From Hypanus sabinus (taxonomy: Eukaryota): DNA of 64,000 nucleotides. Numbering within the stretch: position 1 is the first letter of the stretch; every line of letters begins with the position of its first letter. The DNA is taken from positions 23,498,001 through 23,562,000 of the forward strand of contig NC_082731.1 of assembly GCF_030144855.1 (NCBI RefSeq). Reading direction: 5' to 3'. A program made the position numbers and the translations under genes. This document shows, piece by piece, positions 13,501-28,638 of this stretch. A model generated the notes under the pieces. That model saw nothing but the letters and a program-made list of their open reading frames with translations. It searched no databases and was not told the origin of the DNA.

Positions 13501-16500
13501 AATTGGAGCATCAAGCATCTGTTGATCTTCAACAGAATTTTGAGGAAATTTAATCTTATGTTTAAAAAAAGCCTTCATTTTGGAGGAATCTGCAGGAAAT
13601 TGAGATTTATAAAGATCAGAATAAAAATCTTGAAAATTTTATCGATGTCTTCATGGTTATATCATTATTTTTACGAATCTTTACCATTTCTATTTTAGCT
13701 CTAGCTGTTCTTAGTGAGACTCTAAGAGCGTATTATTTTTATCCCCAAAAATATAAAATTCACTATACAATTCAAGCAAATATCCTTCAACAGAATATGT
13801 TAATAATAAATTATATATCGATTGTAATTTTACACTTCTTGAAAAAAAAACAGCATTTGGAGAGATTGCATTAATGCTATCTAATATTTTAATCTGTTTT
13901 GAGATTTTAACTAATTTCAATCGTGTTCGTTACTTCAGATTAGCTATATACAAAATTACCTGACCATGTAAACATGATTTATATGTATCCCAGGTTACTA
14001 ATTTTGAGTCGTTTAATTTATTATTAATGATCAAAAAAACTCTTATCTGAGTTATAATAAACTCAACAAATTCTGAGCTTTGCAACAATTGTTCTAGAAA
14101 ATGTCAAAATGGTCTTGTAGAAGCAAACAACTTTCAGTTCAAGTATTAGTTTTAAAGGAGCATGATCAGAGATAGCAATTACATCATACTCACATTTCTG
14201 AATATTAAATAGAAATCGCGGGACGACTATAAAATAGTCTATTCTCCAATATTTATTATGAACGTGAGAAAAAAGTGTATTCTTCATCACTATGATGCAT
14301 ATGCCTTCAAATTTCATTTAAGTCATAATCAACTAAAGAAGAATTAATAAGTGATGCAGAGCGATTAGGGAGTTGATGTTTGGATGATGACTTATCTATT
14401 AAAGGATTTAAACAGTATTAAAAACACCACTCGTTAATAACATACTTACATTTAAAACAGGGAATAGAGCAAAGACAGCTTTAAAAATGAGGGATCCTAC
14501 ATTTTGTCTGTTAATATTAACCAAAACCGTTTTCCTATTATAGGTCATTCCTTTGTCAATCAAAAGTCAACCATTAGTTTCGGCTATCATATCCTCCTGA
14601 TTGAAAGGGATATTGGAATTAATAAAAAACAGAAACACATCTAAATGTACTCTGTGAGTTTGGGTGGAACTGAGGACCCACCAATATTTAAAATATCGTA
14701 TTATTTTATTGCATAACCTGAGATGTATCTCTTGAGCAATGATTATATCAATTCGGAATCAGTTAATAATTTTAAAAGCTTTCTTACGTTTAATACGATG
14801 GTTCCAGCCATTGACATTCTGAATTAAAACATTTAACTGTTTCGATATTATCATGAGACTTTGTACATGAAACGATATTTAGACGTATGTCAGGATAAGG
14901 TAGTCGAAATTTGCGGAGATTAACAATAATAATAATAATTTGTGTATGCTGCGGGATTCCATAATGGGGATAATAAAAAAGACATAAAAATTCACCTAAA
15001 CTACAAAGCCCTGAAACAAATCGATGTCAATCGAAGCAAGCCCCAAGGAAGACATAGAAAGCAAACATAAACTACACGTACTTAAATCCATACAACAATG
15101 AAAACAAAAATAATCACTTTCTCGAGCCACCGAACATCAAGCCCGTTACAATTGAAATATAGCTCAATATACGTTTGTAATTATTTTGGAAGGAACAGTG
15201 CTTTCTTTGTGTGAAACAAAACGACCTTCAATCTTGAAAGTAACCTTCATAATATTAGATAACGGAAGAGAAACGCATCCAAAACATTTTTTGAAATGCT
15301 TTACAAATGAAAAACATTCGGCACCTTTAAAAAATACAACCTATCTTTAAAAGGTAAGGAAATCTAAATACTTTCTTAAAAGATCTTTACAACAGCATAC
15401 GGAAAACAAAAACAACTTGTTCATTTACATGCTGCAGAGAAAATATTCTGGATGCTTTAACTTTATCTACAGCCTTTCAACAGTCCTCCCGCTATGTCTT
15501 CTGTGGTTAAAACCATCCAACCTAGTTTTTTAATATATCCTTCAACAGGATATGTTAATAATAAATTATATTGCGATTGTAATTATACTCTTCTTTTAAA
15601 TGAAAAAGCATTTGGAGAGTTTGCATTAATGCTAACTAATATTTTTAGTTTGTTCAGAGATTTTATCAGATTTCATTCATGTTTGTTACTTCAGATTAGC
15701 TGTATACAAAATTACTTGACCATGTAAAAAGGATTTATATGTATCGCAGATCTCTAACTTTGAGGCGTTTAATGTATTATTAATGATAAAAAAAACAAAA
15801 CTCTTTTATCTGAGTTGTAATAAACTCAGCAATTTCGGAACGTTGTAACAAATGTTCTGGAAAATACCAAAATGGTGTTGTGGAAGCAAAAAACTTTCAG
15901 TTCAAATAATAATTTAAAGGAGCATGATCAGAGATAAGAATTCCATCATATTCACATTCCTGAACATTAAATAGAAATCGAGGGACGACTATAAAATAAT
16001 CGATTCTCGAATATTTATTATGAGCATATGAGAAAAAAAGTGTATTCTCTATCACTAGGATATATTCTCCATCACTAGAAAATATTCTGGGTGATTTAAA
16101 ATTACCTACAGTTTTCAACAGTCCTCCCGCTATGTCTTCTGCGGTGAAAACCATCCAAACCAGTCTTTTTCAGAGATAAAAATGCAATTTAAGGTAAAGA
16201 CTTTCTAAATACATCTAATCTTCCAATTTTATCACGCCTTCCGCCGCACCTCCATCACACCGCTCTGAACCATTCAAACTTTTGGCTTCAGATTCGTCGT
16301 CAGACACGTCAGGCAAAAAGTTAAAAAATGCAATCCTTCGGCTGCGTCATAAAAAAAAATCCAAGACACATAATTCTTGACAACATCTAGCTGGTCATTG
16401 AAGCGATAGAAAGAGTTGTTTTAGTAAGCTAAACCCATGGCCCAGACAAATCCATCACGCTTCTCAACAGTTTCGCGTGGAAAATCTTCAAAACAGTCAA

Positions 16501-16750
16501 TCTCCGAACCTTGAAGTTGAGACAATCTTTGTTTCCTTGCAAGCTTAATAATGCGGTCTTTGCCTCTAAAACGGAGAAAACGCAAAACAATACGCCTGTT
16601 TTTACCTTGGTCTAAAAGTTTTAAATGAACTGCATCTGTGCGCCTTTTCAGTCTCCGGGTTTTGCGTACAAATCTCCAGAATTAAAGACTGAAATATTTT
16701 AGCAAAGTAATTCAGTGTATCGGCAGATTCTGATTTCTTTTTTTATCCAA
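10570..16750 (-). mobile_element. Decayed L1-clade LINE(s): ORF1 remnant, endonuclease, RT, zinc-finger region; internal duplication; spans a gap
   Basis: SHVHNKYWRIDYFIV (EN), KAPGLDGYS...SWRTISLLNADAEI (RT, ORF 13219-13578), ORF1-like remnants near 16.3-16.7 kb. Confidence 0.8.
10846..11019. other. Assembly gap (N run)
   Basis: 174 N. Confidence 1.
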
Positions 16751-19700
16751 TGTTAAAAATCCGGCCTGGACTCCGGGTCGAAGGGGCTCTGCTGACATCC
16801 CAGGACCACGACAGCCCTTCATTTTTGCCTTCTTTCAGCTGGCCATGTGGGTTTTGACCCAGCCCCCTTCCTTATTGAACTTTCGCCAATTGCCCACTTA
16901 TCTCCTCACTAGCACCCACCTGCTTCTGTTTTCACTCATTACGCGGTCCTTTTAAACACTGCCTTGACACCCATTATCTGCCAGTTCGTCCCAGCTCTGA
17001 CCTGAGTCGTTCTTGCTTTCCATTGCGACTGATTTGCAGTAGTCTCTGTTTCTGGATTTTGACTGTTTTGGAAACTGATTTTTGACTGTGCGCTCTGGAT
17101 CGTCTGCCCTCGCCGGACTGCATATCCCGGGTAAGAACACCCCCTTCAAATTCGGATTCGTGCCTGCCTCTTGTTTTTGAATAACTGTTGCCCTGGTGTT
17201 CCTAACTAAACCCTGGTAAGCGAGTATTCATTAGTCTGCACTTGAGTCCGACCGTAACCCAGCCCAACCTGTCAAAACAAACTGGGCATTATGGACTCAG
17301 CAGACCTCAATCAGGTGCGTGAGGCCTTTTCCCGACAGGGAGTGTTGGTAGGGAAACATGAAGCACACTTCGCGTCTGTCAACCAGTCGATGGAAGTCTT
17401 CACCGCCACTCAGACCAGCATGGCCTCCCAGCTACAGCAGTTTCAGCTGGCGCTGAGTCCTAACCCGTCTCCTGTTGCTGCACCGTCAGCCCTTCAGACT
17501 CCAAACCTACCAGCCCGAGAGCCTCGTTTACCTCGACCTGACATTTACAATGGTGAACCAGGCAACTGCAGATCCATCCTGTATCAATGCACGTTGGTTT
17601 TAGCAGCCCGCTACCTTTCCCACTGGTTGATCCCGTATGGCTTATGTTATCACGTTGCTGTCGGGAATTGCAAGAGAGTGGGGTACGGCTGTGTGGGCAG
17701 CAGAGCCTATTTGTGCCACCCGTTTAAGGAATTTTGTGAGGAGATGTGAATAGTCTTTGACCGTTCCATGAAGGGGCGTGAGGCAGCGAGAGAAATGTTC
17801 CGAATTCGTCAGGGTAACCGCTCTGCTTCAGATTACGCCATTGAGTTCTGCACACTAGCCGCCACTACCAACTTGGATTCGGCAGCCCAAATTGACGTGT
17901 TCCTCTATGGACTAGTGAAGAGGTTAAGGATGAAGCAACCACCCACGACATTCCTGCTGGCTTCCAAGAGCTGGTCGATTTGGCCATTACGATTGACAGC
18001 CGCATAAAACAGCCTCAGCGGGAGCGTGATAGCCGGGGGTCACGAAGAACCACCAGGGGAAGTCTGACATTTACTTAGCCTGCACCCACATCTCCTTCTC
18101 GGACTCCTCAGTCACCCCCATCCAGCCCAAAAGAGCTCATGCAGATTGATTGTGCACGTCTGTCTACCTTGGCTCGAAGGAGTAGAGTCAGTAGCAACTT
18201 CTGTCTGTATTGTTGTCAGACTGGTCACTGTGTATCCAGTTGTCCTCTAAAAGCCAACGCTCGCTCGTGAGGTTGGGACTACGTCACTCCCCCGTCACTC
18301 GAACTCGAACCCCCGTCACTCGAACCCTGCTATCTGCTTTTATATTGGCTGAAGGGATTAGAAACACTATTTCAGTTTTCATCGACGCCGGGGCTGAGAG
18401 AAACTTTGTCAGTTTCTGTTTTGCAGCCAAACTCGGGATTCCACTCTCACGTCTGAAGCAACCCCTGGAGGCCAGAGGCTTCACCGGAGCGAAAATGGCC
18501 TTGATTACCTACTCTACATCTAGGGTGAGTCTCCTCATTTCTGACAATCACCTGGAGATCATTATTTTTCATGTAATAGATTCCACCAAAGCTGAAGAGC
18601 TGTTAGGCCACTCATGGCTAGCTCAGCACGGTCCACACATTGATTAGTCTAATAATAGGGTGTTAAGCTGGAGTCACATCTGCCTAAATCATTGTCTGCG
18701 TGTTGCTCATGCTACTCCAAGTCCGGCTCCTCTGCCTACAGAAGAACCTCCCGGTCTGACCTCTGTACCCCCAGAGTATCGGGACCTCTAGCTGGTATTC
18801 AGCAAGACTCGGGCCACGACCTTTCTCCCACATCGCCCCTATGATTGCGCTATGGATCTATTTCCGGGATCCTCGCCACCTGTTATCCCTGTCTCCAACT
18901 GAAAAATAGTCGATGGACACGTATATCCAGGAGGCTTTGGCTACAGGAATAATCCTTCCCTCTTCCTCCCCTGCCGGCACGGCGCTCTTCTTTATAGCCA
19001 CGAAGGACGGGTCCCTGAGCCCTTGCGTCGACTATAGAGGTCTCAATGAGATCACCGTTAAGAACCGCTATCTTCTTCCTCTTATGTCATCTGCATTTGA
19101 ACTGCTCTAGGATGCATCTATATCCTCCAAGCTCGACCTCCGCAACGCTTAACATCTGGACCACATAAGGGAAGGGGATGAGTGGAAAACAGTGTTCATT
19201 ACGCAATCCGGTCACTATGAATATTTGGTAATGCATTTCAGACTTTCGAATTGTCCTGCTGTGTTCCAGTCCCTGGTAAATGACGTCCTCAGAGACATGC
19301 TGAACCAATTTGTATTTGTGGACGTGGATGACATTCTGATATTTTCTAGGTCCCTCTCTGAACACATGCAGCACGTCCGTCGGGTGCTTCAACGACTCCT
19401 GGAGAACCAGTTGTTTGAGAAGGCGGAGAAGTGTGAATTTCACCGTTCAACTTCATTCCTGGGATATGTGATCTTCGCTGCAGGAATCCAGATGGATCGT
19501 CCGAAAATCAAGGCTGTAGAGGAGTGGCCACAGCCCACCTCTCGACGGAATTTCCAACACCTTTTGGGTTTGCCAACTTCTATGGCCGATTCATTCAAAA
19601 CTTCAGCTTCCTGGCCGCCCCGCTGACTGCCCTAACCTCCTCCAAGTAGAGGTTCGCCTGGAAACCAACGGCTGAGAATGCCTTTTCCGAACTAAAGACC

Positions 19701-20520
19701 CGTTTCACAAGGGCACATATTGCCCTTCAACCCCATCCTACCAGGCATATTATTGTAGAGACTGGTGCCTCTCATGTAGGAGTAGGGTCTATACAGTCAC
19801 AGCGTTCAGCAGAGGACGACAAGCTACACCCGTGCGCTTTTAATTTTCCCACAAATTTTCGCACGCAGAACGCAACTATGACATCGGCGATCGAGAGTTG
19901 TTGGCTGTTAAACTTGCTCTGAAGGAATGGCGGCATTGGCTTGAAGGAACCACTGCTCCTTTTCATTTGTGGACGGATCACAAGAACCTGAAAATTATCT
20001 GTTCAGCCAAACGCCTCAATTACCGCCAGGATCGGTGGTCCACGATTTTTGCCCGTTTTAGATTTAACTTGACCTACCCTCCTGGCTCGAAGAACGGCAG
20101 GTCTGAAGCGCTTTCCAGGCAGTTTCCAACAACCGACGAGGCTCCCGAGGTTACGACCATTCTCCCCAAGCAGTGACTGGTTGCCGCAGCACAGTGCGAG
20201 ATTGAATCTGTAGTCCTGTCGGCCCAACAATGTGAGTTTGTTGGACTTTCGCCAATTACCCACTTATCCCCTCACTAGCACCCACCTGTTTCTGTTTTCA
20301 CTCATTACCCAGTCGATTTAAACACATTCTCTGCCAGTTCGTCCCTGCTCTGACCTGAGTCGTTATACCCTGCCATTGCGACTGACTGATTTTGACGGAC
20401 TCTGTGTTTCTGGATTTTTCCTGTTTTGGAACCTGATTTTTGCCTGTGCGCTCTGGATCTTCTGCCCTCGCCGGACTCCCTTTCCCGTGCAAGAACTCCG
20501 CCTGCCGTTCTGGATTCACC
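16751..20520 (+). mobile_element. Sushi/PEG10-like Gypsy LTR retrotransposon, decayed, integrase deleted
   Basis: 5' LTR TGT...TCA 16751-17274; gag MDSADL...PDIYNGEPGNCR; knuckle CLYCCQTGHCVSSCP (~18.2 kb); protease FIDAGAERNF; [10 protein letters not shown]; RNase H WRHWLEG..WTDHKNL; partial 3' LTR ~20238-20520. Confidence 0.9.
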
Positions 20521-20529
20521 TTCAGGGAA

Positions 20530-23500
20530 CTATGCACCATTATTCCTAGCTCACTGTGTTCTACTGCATTCCTCAATGCCCCACCATTTACCATGTAAGT
20601 CCTATTCTGATTAGTCCGACCAACATGTAGCACCTCATACATATCTAGCATTAAATGTACATCTGCCATCGTTTAAAAAACTCTTCTAACTGGCCTAAAT
20701 CTCTCTGCAAGCTTAAAATAGTTGTTAAGAAGAAGTCATCACGGTAGCATTTACTTCAATGTAAATTTTGAAAGTGAGAACTTAACGTCTGAGTTAGCAA
20801 TTTTTCAGTGGATAAAATGAAATTACATGACACGACAAAGGAGCTGGATAAATCTGGAAGGAGGTGCTCGCAGGAAAACTGCATAAGGCAAAGGCGTATG
20901 ATTCTGGGAAGAATTAGGAAAGTTCAGGATAGACACATTCAAAAAACGAAGACGTGCTGAAACTGAAAAATAGTGGAACCGGTAGAGCTAATGGATGTCA
21001 AAGCTCCTGTAAAATTAAAAGAGAGCGCAGGCATCAATCCAAAAAAATTGCGGGTGGTTAGGAAATTTGGAGCAGATGATTATCCTACAGAGTGCAATTA
21101 ATATGATGATTATTAAAGGAGACATGAAATCTGATTGCAATCTAACAAACAGTATCAAAGGGGGATAGTATATTTCTCAGATATGTGAAAATAGCAGATT
21201 TAGTAGATACAGAATGAGGCCAAAAACATAATACTAGGTGTCAAAGAGATGACAGACAAACTAAATGCGTATTTTTCATCAGCTTCAATGTGGAAGACAC
21301 TAGCAGTGTGCCAAATCTTGAAGGGTGTGAAGGAAAAAGTGAGTGGAGATGCAAGAAAGATGGTGTTCTAAAAGCTAAAAGTCCAACGTGTACATAACCG
21401 ACTCCGACGAGAAGAGCTGCACTCCAGTGTTCCGAAAGAAGTAGCGGTGGAGATTGTGAGGACAACAGAAATGATCATCTGAAAATGACTGGACTCTGGC
21501 TTGGTACCAAATGACTGAAAATTACGTATATCACTCCACTCCTTAAGAACGTACGGAACTATTATCGAACAAGTAGCTTGAGCTCAGTGTTTGAAAACAG
21601 GTTGGATTCAATTGTTAACAATGAGTCGTTGGAGTATAGGGTGTCAGAGGAGAAGCGGTCGAAGTCAGTTTTGTGCCTTTAAGTGAAGATCTTACCAGAG
21701 TTCCTTGCTGGAAATAATTCAGGAGATTTCATGTAGGACAGATTAAGTAGAATGTGAGGATGCTACATATTTCGACTTTCAGGAGGTCGTTCACAAAGTG
21801 CCAAACATGAAGCACCTTACCAGATTATCTGTGCATGGATTTCCTGCAAGACGTGACTGACGTTATTAACTCATTGGCAGGAGGCTGAATGAAAGTATGG
21901 CTGTCTGGTGCTGTTTCGCAAGGTTCTGTCTTCAGACCACTTATTTGTATACTGTATTTTAAAATCTTAGATGATGGAACAGCTTGCTTTTCTACCAAGT
22001 TTGCAGATTGATGGAGAGGCAGGTAGTGTTCAGGAAACGGGCAAGCAGCAGAAAAAGTTAGACAGATTACGATAATGGGCGCGAAAATGACAAACGAATT
22101 ATAGTGTCGTGCACTTGGATAATACACATAAGAGTGCAGACTATTACTTTAAACGGGGAGAAAATGCAACAATCTGAGATGCGGTGGGACCGGCTTATTT
22201 GTGCAGAACACTCTAAAGCTTAACCTGCAGGCTGGGTATGTAGTAAGGATAGTTAATCAGGTGTAAGCATTGAATTCAAAAGGTCAGTCATGTCGGCGTG
22301 GAGTGTTCAGAGCAGTTCACAAAGATGAGAAGTTTTATCGTTCGTTGTACGTTTGATGGCTGTACTCGTTGGAATTAAACAGCAAGAACGGTGATCATAT
22401 TGAATCCTTTCGAATGTTGATGAAAGGCATAGACAGAGCAGACGTGCTCTCTATGTATTCCAGGGAGGTGATGTACAGGACAATAATATTGCCTCAGTAT
22501 TGTCGGGATTCTGTTTAAAACAGAGTTGCGGAGAAATTGTTTTAACCTGAGGGTGTTGAATTTGTGGGACTTTTTACAATAGGTATCCACGGAGGATAGG
22601 ACACACACAAGTTCATTGATATCTGTTCATTAATTATTAGTCATTACAATGATAAACAGATACTTAATAAAAAATGATTTCAATGTGAAATTAGTCTTCA
22701 CATAATTAAGTTAATTAAAAATGAAAGATGATTATTCTTCAGGATTGAGAATGATTTATTTACGTTTTACTGAAGAGCTCCAAATTTTCATTTTCGTTGT
22801 TCTATTTTAGATCCAAAACCTATTGCAGATTTGAAAAATTCAAAGGTATTTTTCAACTAATAATAATGATTCTTTCAATAGAATTGGGTGCAATTTCCGT
22901 TTCAAGAAAAAACATGCTGAGAAACCCAAGACAGCTAAAAGTACATAAGTCAGAAGAACCAAATAAATTTCACGCTAGTGTTCAGAAGACGTACTTTTAG
23001 AGATTGGGGTGGCATTAGAAATGATCTTTCGAAATCATTGGACTCTGGCATGGTGCCAGATGACTGGAAAGTTTCAAATGTTACTCTACTATTTACGAAA
23101 ACAGGAATGCCACAGAAAGGACATTATTGACCATTTAGCCTGACCTCACTAGTTGGGACGAACTCGGATTCAATTGTTTTATAAGAGGACTTGGTGAAAC
23201 AGGAAATGCTTCTACAAAGTCTGCATGGTTTCATTGAGGGAACATCCTGCCTGACAAACCTGGTAGTATTTTTTTGAGGAGATTACAAGTAGCATAGCTA
23301 AAGCGGATGCAGTACATGTTGCGTATTTGGACTTTCAGAAGGCCTTTGACAAGCTGCCACAAGTCAGGCTGCTTACCAAGGTAAGAGCCCATTCTACCAC
23401 AGGAAATTTATTAACATGGTTAGAGCATTGGCTAATTGATCAGAGCAGTCATTGGGCAGTCATAACAGGATCATTTTCTGGTTGCCTTTCAGTGACATGT

Positions 23501-24480
23501 GGTATTTTATTGTAGTCGGTGCTGGGATTACTTCTATTTATGCTTCATTTAAACGATTTAGATGATGGATAGATTAGTTACTTACCATGTTGCAGATGAT
23601 ACAATAATTGCTGGAGGCGCAGGTCGTTTTGAGGGAGCAGGGAGAATGCAATAGGTCTTAGACAGATTAGGAGAATGGCAATAAAGTGGCAAATCAAATA
23701 CAACGTTGAAATTTGTATGGTGTTGCACTTATAGAAAAGAATATGCTATTTTCCAATCGTCAAAAGATACAGGGATGTCATATGCAGAGGGACCTGTGAC
23801 TCCTTTCGTTGAACATACTAACTTTAACTTGTTTGCTGAGTCGGTTTTCAAGAAAGCAATGTCATGTTAGTATTTATTTCAAGACGTCTACTAGGCAGGA
23901 TCAAGGATGTGATGCTGGTGAGACCTCAACTTGAGTATTGCGAACAATTTTGTTCTCGTCATATTAGTAAAAATGTGCTGTCATTGAAACGGATCCAAAG
24001 GAGTTTTACAAGGATGATTCAAGGAATAATACGTTCTGATGTCAGGAACGTTAGACCGCTCTGGGTATGTACTCGCTGGATCTCAGAAGGATGGGGGTGA
24101 TCTCATTGAAACCTTTCGAATGTTGATAAGCCTGTAGAGCGTAGATGAGGAAAATATGTTTCCCATGGTTGGAGAGGCTATCCTCAGGATAAATGTGTGC
24201 ACTTTTCAAAACAGAAATGCGGGAGAATATTGTTAGCCAATGGGTGATGAATTTCTGAACTTTGTTGCTACTTGCAGCTCTGGAAACATGGTTGTCTTGT
24301 ATATTTAAGGAAGAGATTAATAGGATCTTGATTATACTTGACATAAAAGGTTATGGGAAGAGGGCTGGGAGCAGGGGTAGTGGAGGTGATAGAAACGATG
24401 ATCAGCCATGATTGAATGGCGCGCAGACAGAATGAGACTGGTGGTCTAATTCTGCTCCTATGTATAATGGTTTTCTGATC
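20530..24480. mobile_element. Cluster of decayed CR1 LINE fragments
   Basis: DFQKAFDKLPQVRLL, RPQLEYCEQF, KRIQRSFTRMI; CR1-type 3' ends near 22.6 and 24.47 kb. Confidence 0.8.
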
Positions 24481-27400
24481 TTATGGTCAATATAAATTTG
24501 GCAAAAGCTGCAGTTTAGATATTTTATCTTCCCCATTTACTTGGTCATTGGAGTACATAATGCATAAATAATGCACATGAACATGTATATAATTGAGTAA
24601 GTAAATAAATAACTTCATATGTGATAACCAGATAAATGGGCAATCAACGGAGAAGAATGGATAAATGAAATATAAATAAAGATACATAAAATATAAATTC
24701 CAGGGATATGTTTCGGTGGTTGTGTCTCATGGCACCGAGACTAGACTCTTAGCTCAGAAGGAAAGGAGGGAAACGTGAATAGCAGTAGTGATAAGGGATT
24801 CGATAGTTAGGGGTACAGATAGCATGTCCTGTGGAAGAGATCGAGAATCCCGGATGGTCTGCTAACTCCAGGTGCCAGGGTTCGCGAAATCTCCGATCGA
24901 GTTCACAGTATTCTTAAGAGTGAGGGTGAGCAGCCGGATGTCGTGATCCATGTAGGGTGCAATGAGTTGGGTAGTAAGAGTGAGGATGTCCTTAAATGAG
25001 TTTTAGTTGCCAAGTTAAAGGACTGGACTTCCAGCAATTTCAGGATTGCTAATGGTGTCACGTGCAGGTGGGCTTAGAAATAGTAAGATAGTGCAGATCA
25101 ACACGTGGCTGAAGACTTGGCGCAGGAGGGAGGGATTTATATATAATTGGGCCATTTTCCAGGGAAGGTGGGACCTACTCCTGCGGGACAGTTTACATCT
25201 GAACTAATGGGGGACATGTTTTCTTGCAGGAAGTTTTGCTACAGAGGCTCCAGTGGATATAAACTAGATACGAGGGGGTAGGGGGACCAGTGTGGAGGAA
25301 CAGATGTATGTGAGAAGGAAGAACTAAAAGACAGTTTTTTTTTTACTGTTAGAGGAAAGCAGAGAGGAGGAGGTGCAGAATTTCATAAACGCACTAATTA
25401 TAATGGTAGGAACATTGTAAGGAAGGTGGACGAGCTTAGAGCATGGATTGATACCTGGAAATATGATGTTGTATCTATTTCTGAACCATGGTTTCAGGAG
25501 GCGTGTGATTGGCAACTAAATATTCCTGGATTTCGTTGCTTCAGCTGTGATGGAATCGGAGGGGCAAGAGGGTGAGGTGTTTCGTTGCTTGTCAGAGAAA
25601 ATAATAGAGCGGTGCTCTGGCAGGATAGATTAGAGGGCTCGTCTAGGGGACTATTTGTGTGGAATTGAGGAATGGGAGCAAATTTACAAGGGGATAGCAG
25701 ACATTGGTAGAAAGCACAGGTTGTGGGAGATTTTAATTTTCCACACATAGATTGGGACGCCCATACTGTTAAAAGGATGGATGGTTTGGGGTGTTTTTGT
25801 AGCAATGCATAGAGGTAACGACTACAGAAGGTGCACTGTTGGATTTTCTGTTAGGAAACGTAATAGATCAAGTGATGGAGGTATGACGTCGGAAGCACTT
25901 TGGGTCCAATAATCACAATGCATTAGTTTCAAGATAATTATGGAGAAGGATAGGATGGACCCAGGTTTTAGCTTTTTCATTGGAGAAAGGCTAACTATGA
26001 GGAGATGCCAAATGATTTAGATGGAGTGGATTGGGAAAATTTGATTGTTGGGAAGAATGTAATAGAGAAATTTAATAAAGGACATTTAAAGGCGACATTT
26101 TGTGGGGACAGAGTTTTCATGATCCTGTTAGGTTTAAAGGAAAGGTTAAAAGTTTGAGAGAGTCATGGTTTTCAAGGGATATTGGAAACTTGGTTAGGAA
26201 AAATTGAGATACCTACAAGTAATATAGACTGCATGGAGTACATGAGGTGCTTGAGGAATATAAGGAATGTAAGAAGAATCTAAAGGAAGAAATTAGAAAA
26301 GCTAAAAGAAGATATGAGGTTGCATTGGTAGGTAAGGCGAAAATAAATCCGAACGGTTTCTACAGTTATATTAATAGCAAATGGATAGTGAGGGATAAAA
26401 ATGGTCCCTTAGAGAATCAGAGTGGACAGTTCTGTAGGGAACAGAAAATACTGGAGTAGGTTTTGAACAATTTCTTTTCTTCGGTATTCACTAAAGGGAA
26501 GGATATTGAATTGTGTAAGGTAAGGGAAACAGGCAAGGAAGTTTTGGAAAGCATGACGATTAAAGAGGAGGTAGTACTGCAGCGTTTAAGGAATATTAGA
26601 GTGGATAAATTTCCAAGTACTAACAGGATATTCCCCAGGACTTTGAGAGAAGTTAATGTAGAAATAACAGGGGGTCTGACGGAAATATTTCAAATGTCAT
26701 CAGAAATTGGGATGGTGCCGGAGGATTGGCGTATTGGTCATGTGGATCCATTGTTTAAAAAGGGTTCTAAGAATAAGCCTATGGAATACTTTAAATATTT
26801 TTTTTACGTTTAATCGGATGATTTAAACCATTAGTATTCCAAGAGATAACATTAATAGACTTATCCATCATGCCAATATTAATTGTATATATCATAAAAG
26901 GTTAAAAAGACACATAACCCATAATTCAGGAAGAAGGAAAAATGATTCAGGAGCAACCGGAGAACATGACAATATTAATAATTTAAAGTCGGCCCATAAA
27001 CAAAAAAGCAAAAGCGTGAAAAATGATCCCACCCCTCTCCCCCAACCACACGAAAAAAAGCCAAGCGGCAGGCGCTCAAACTAATACTAATATCACCCCC
27101 ATTTCAAGATGGCAACTCCATGAAAAGAAAAAAAGAGACTATATAACACTCAGATATAAATACAGAGTTGTAGAAAGAAAGAATATATATCAATCAAAAT
27201 GAAAAAAATAATATAATAAAGCAAAAGATCATTAATAAAAAAGGGTAATCATTAAAGTTTAAAATAGTGTAATATGCCTTTAAAAAAGATTCCATATTCA
27301 AACACAAGAAAATGACGTTTCAAAAACAGAGACTTATGGAAAGAAGAAACGACATTTTGAAAAAAAAAACATATTAGAGAATATAAATGTAAATTCACCA

Positions 27401-27987
27401 ATCTGTTATTTTTTTTGTTTTTTTTAAAAAAGCTCATCAAAATAGGATTAAAAAAGGATTCAATAATCACTACAATGTATAAAAAAAGGTCCAAAAATCC
27501 AAAACATTCGTCCCATTTACAAGTACAAACAAATAAATGCTTACGAAAAGCAAAGTTTTATGGGAAGAAGAAACGACATCTTAAAAAATAAATCATTATT
27601 ACAAAGTATTATCGTGTATATCCAATTCAGAGGAAAAAAATAAGAAAAAAGTCATTATAGTAAAATTAAAAGAGCATCTATAACCCATGATAATAAAAGA
27701 AAAACCATGTCTACAGACCAAAGTAAAAAGCTAAACCGCAGCTTCATAAGTTAAAGCCCAAAACGAAATGGCATCTTCTGTCCAAAAATTCTTCAACATA
27801 ACACAAATTTCAACTTGTACTAGAAGACCGATATTCTTCGACGAATTTCTCCGCTTCTTCCGGTGTATTAAAGAAGCGCTGACTGTCGTCACTCAACGTA
27901 ATTCTGAGATTCGCTGGTCATCTTAAAGCTTGTTTAAGTCCAATCGAATGAATCTCTGCCATCACTGGTTCAAAAGCGATTCATCAC

Positions 27988-28638
27988 TTAAAATGAATAA
28001 TCTTCAACAATACGAAACTTGTTGTTTCTGTGAGAAATCATACCTTTCTGACGAGCTAATCGGATTAAAAGCTCTTTCTCCCGAGGATAATGGAGGCAAA
28101 CAATTACAGCTCGTGGCTTGTCTCTCGAGATCGAAAATCTCGAAACTCTGTGGGCACGATCAATAGTAGGTTTAGCCCGCAAAGCGCCATAGCCAAAAAC
28201 TTCCCACAATAAGTTAGAGAAATATTTTGTTAAGTCACCAGACTCAACATTTTCGGGAAGTCCGATAATTCGCAAGTTCTGTCTGCGAGATCGGTTTTCA
28301 AGATCGGTGATTTTAAATTTATTCTGCTCCACTATTTTAGCGGTCGACAGTACATTCTTCTCCAATGTTTCAATTCTACGTATTTTTTCACAAATTAACT
28401 TTTCCAGAGCCGCGAACTTTTCTTCATGCCGTTCAATATCTGCTGCCTGCGATTGAAGCTTGGGATCAGGCGATCTAACAACTTCTTCAAGCTGAGACAT
28501 TTTCGCACTAAGCTTATTTTCCAGACTTGTCATTTTACTTTCCAAACTTGCAAGTTTAGTATCCAGTTTAGTATCCAGAAGATTAGAAATTGCCTCAAGA
28601 GATAGAGACTCTTTAGACGATTTGTTAGGCGCAGCCAT
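27988..28638 (-). pseudogene. L1 ORF1p (coiled coil plus RRM), 3' part disrupted
   Basis: DLENRSRRQNLRIIGLPE...IDRAHR motifs typical of L1 ORF1. Confidence 0.9.
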
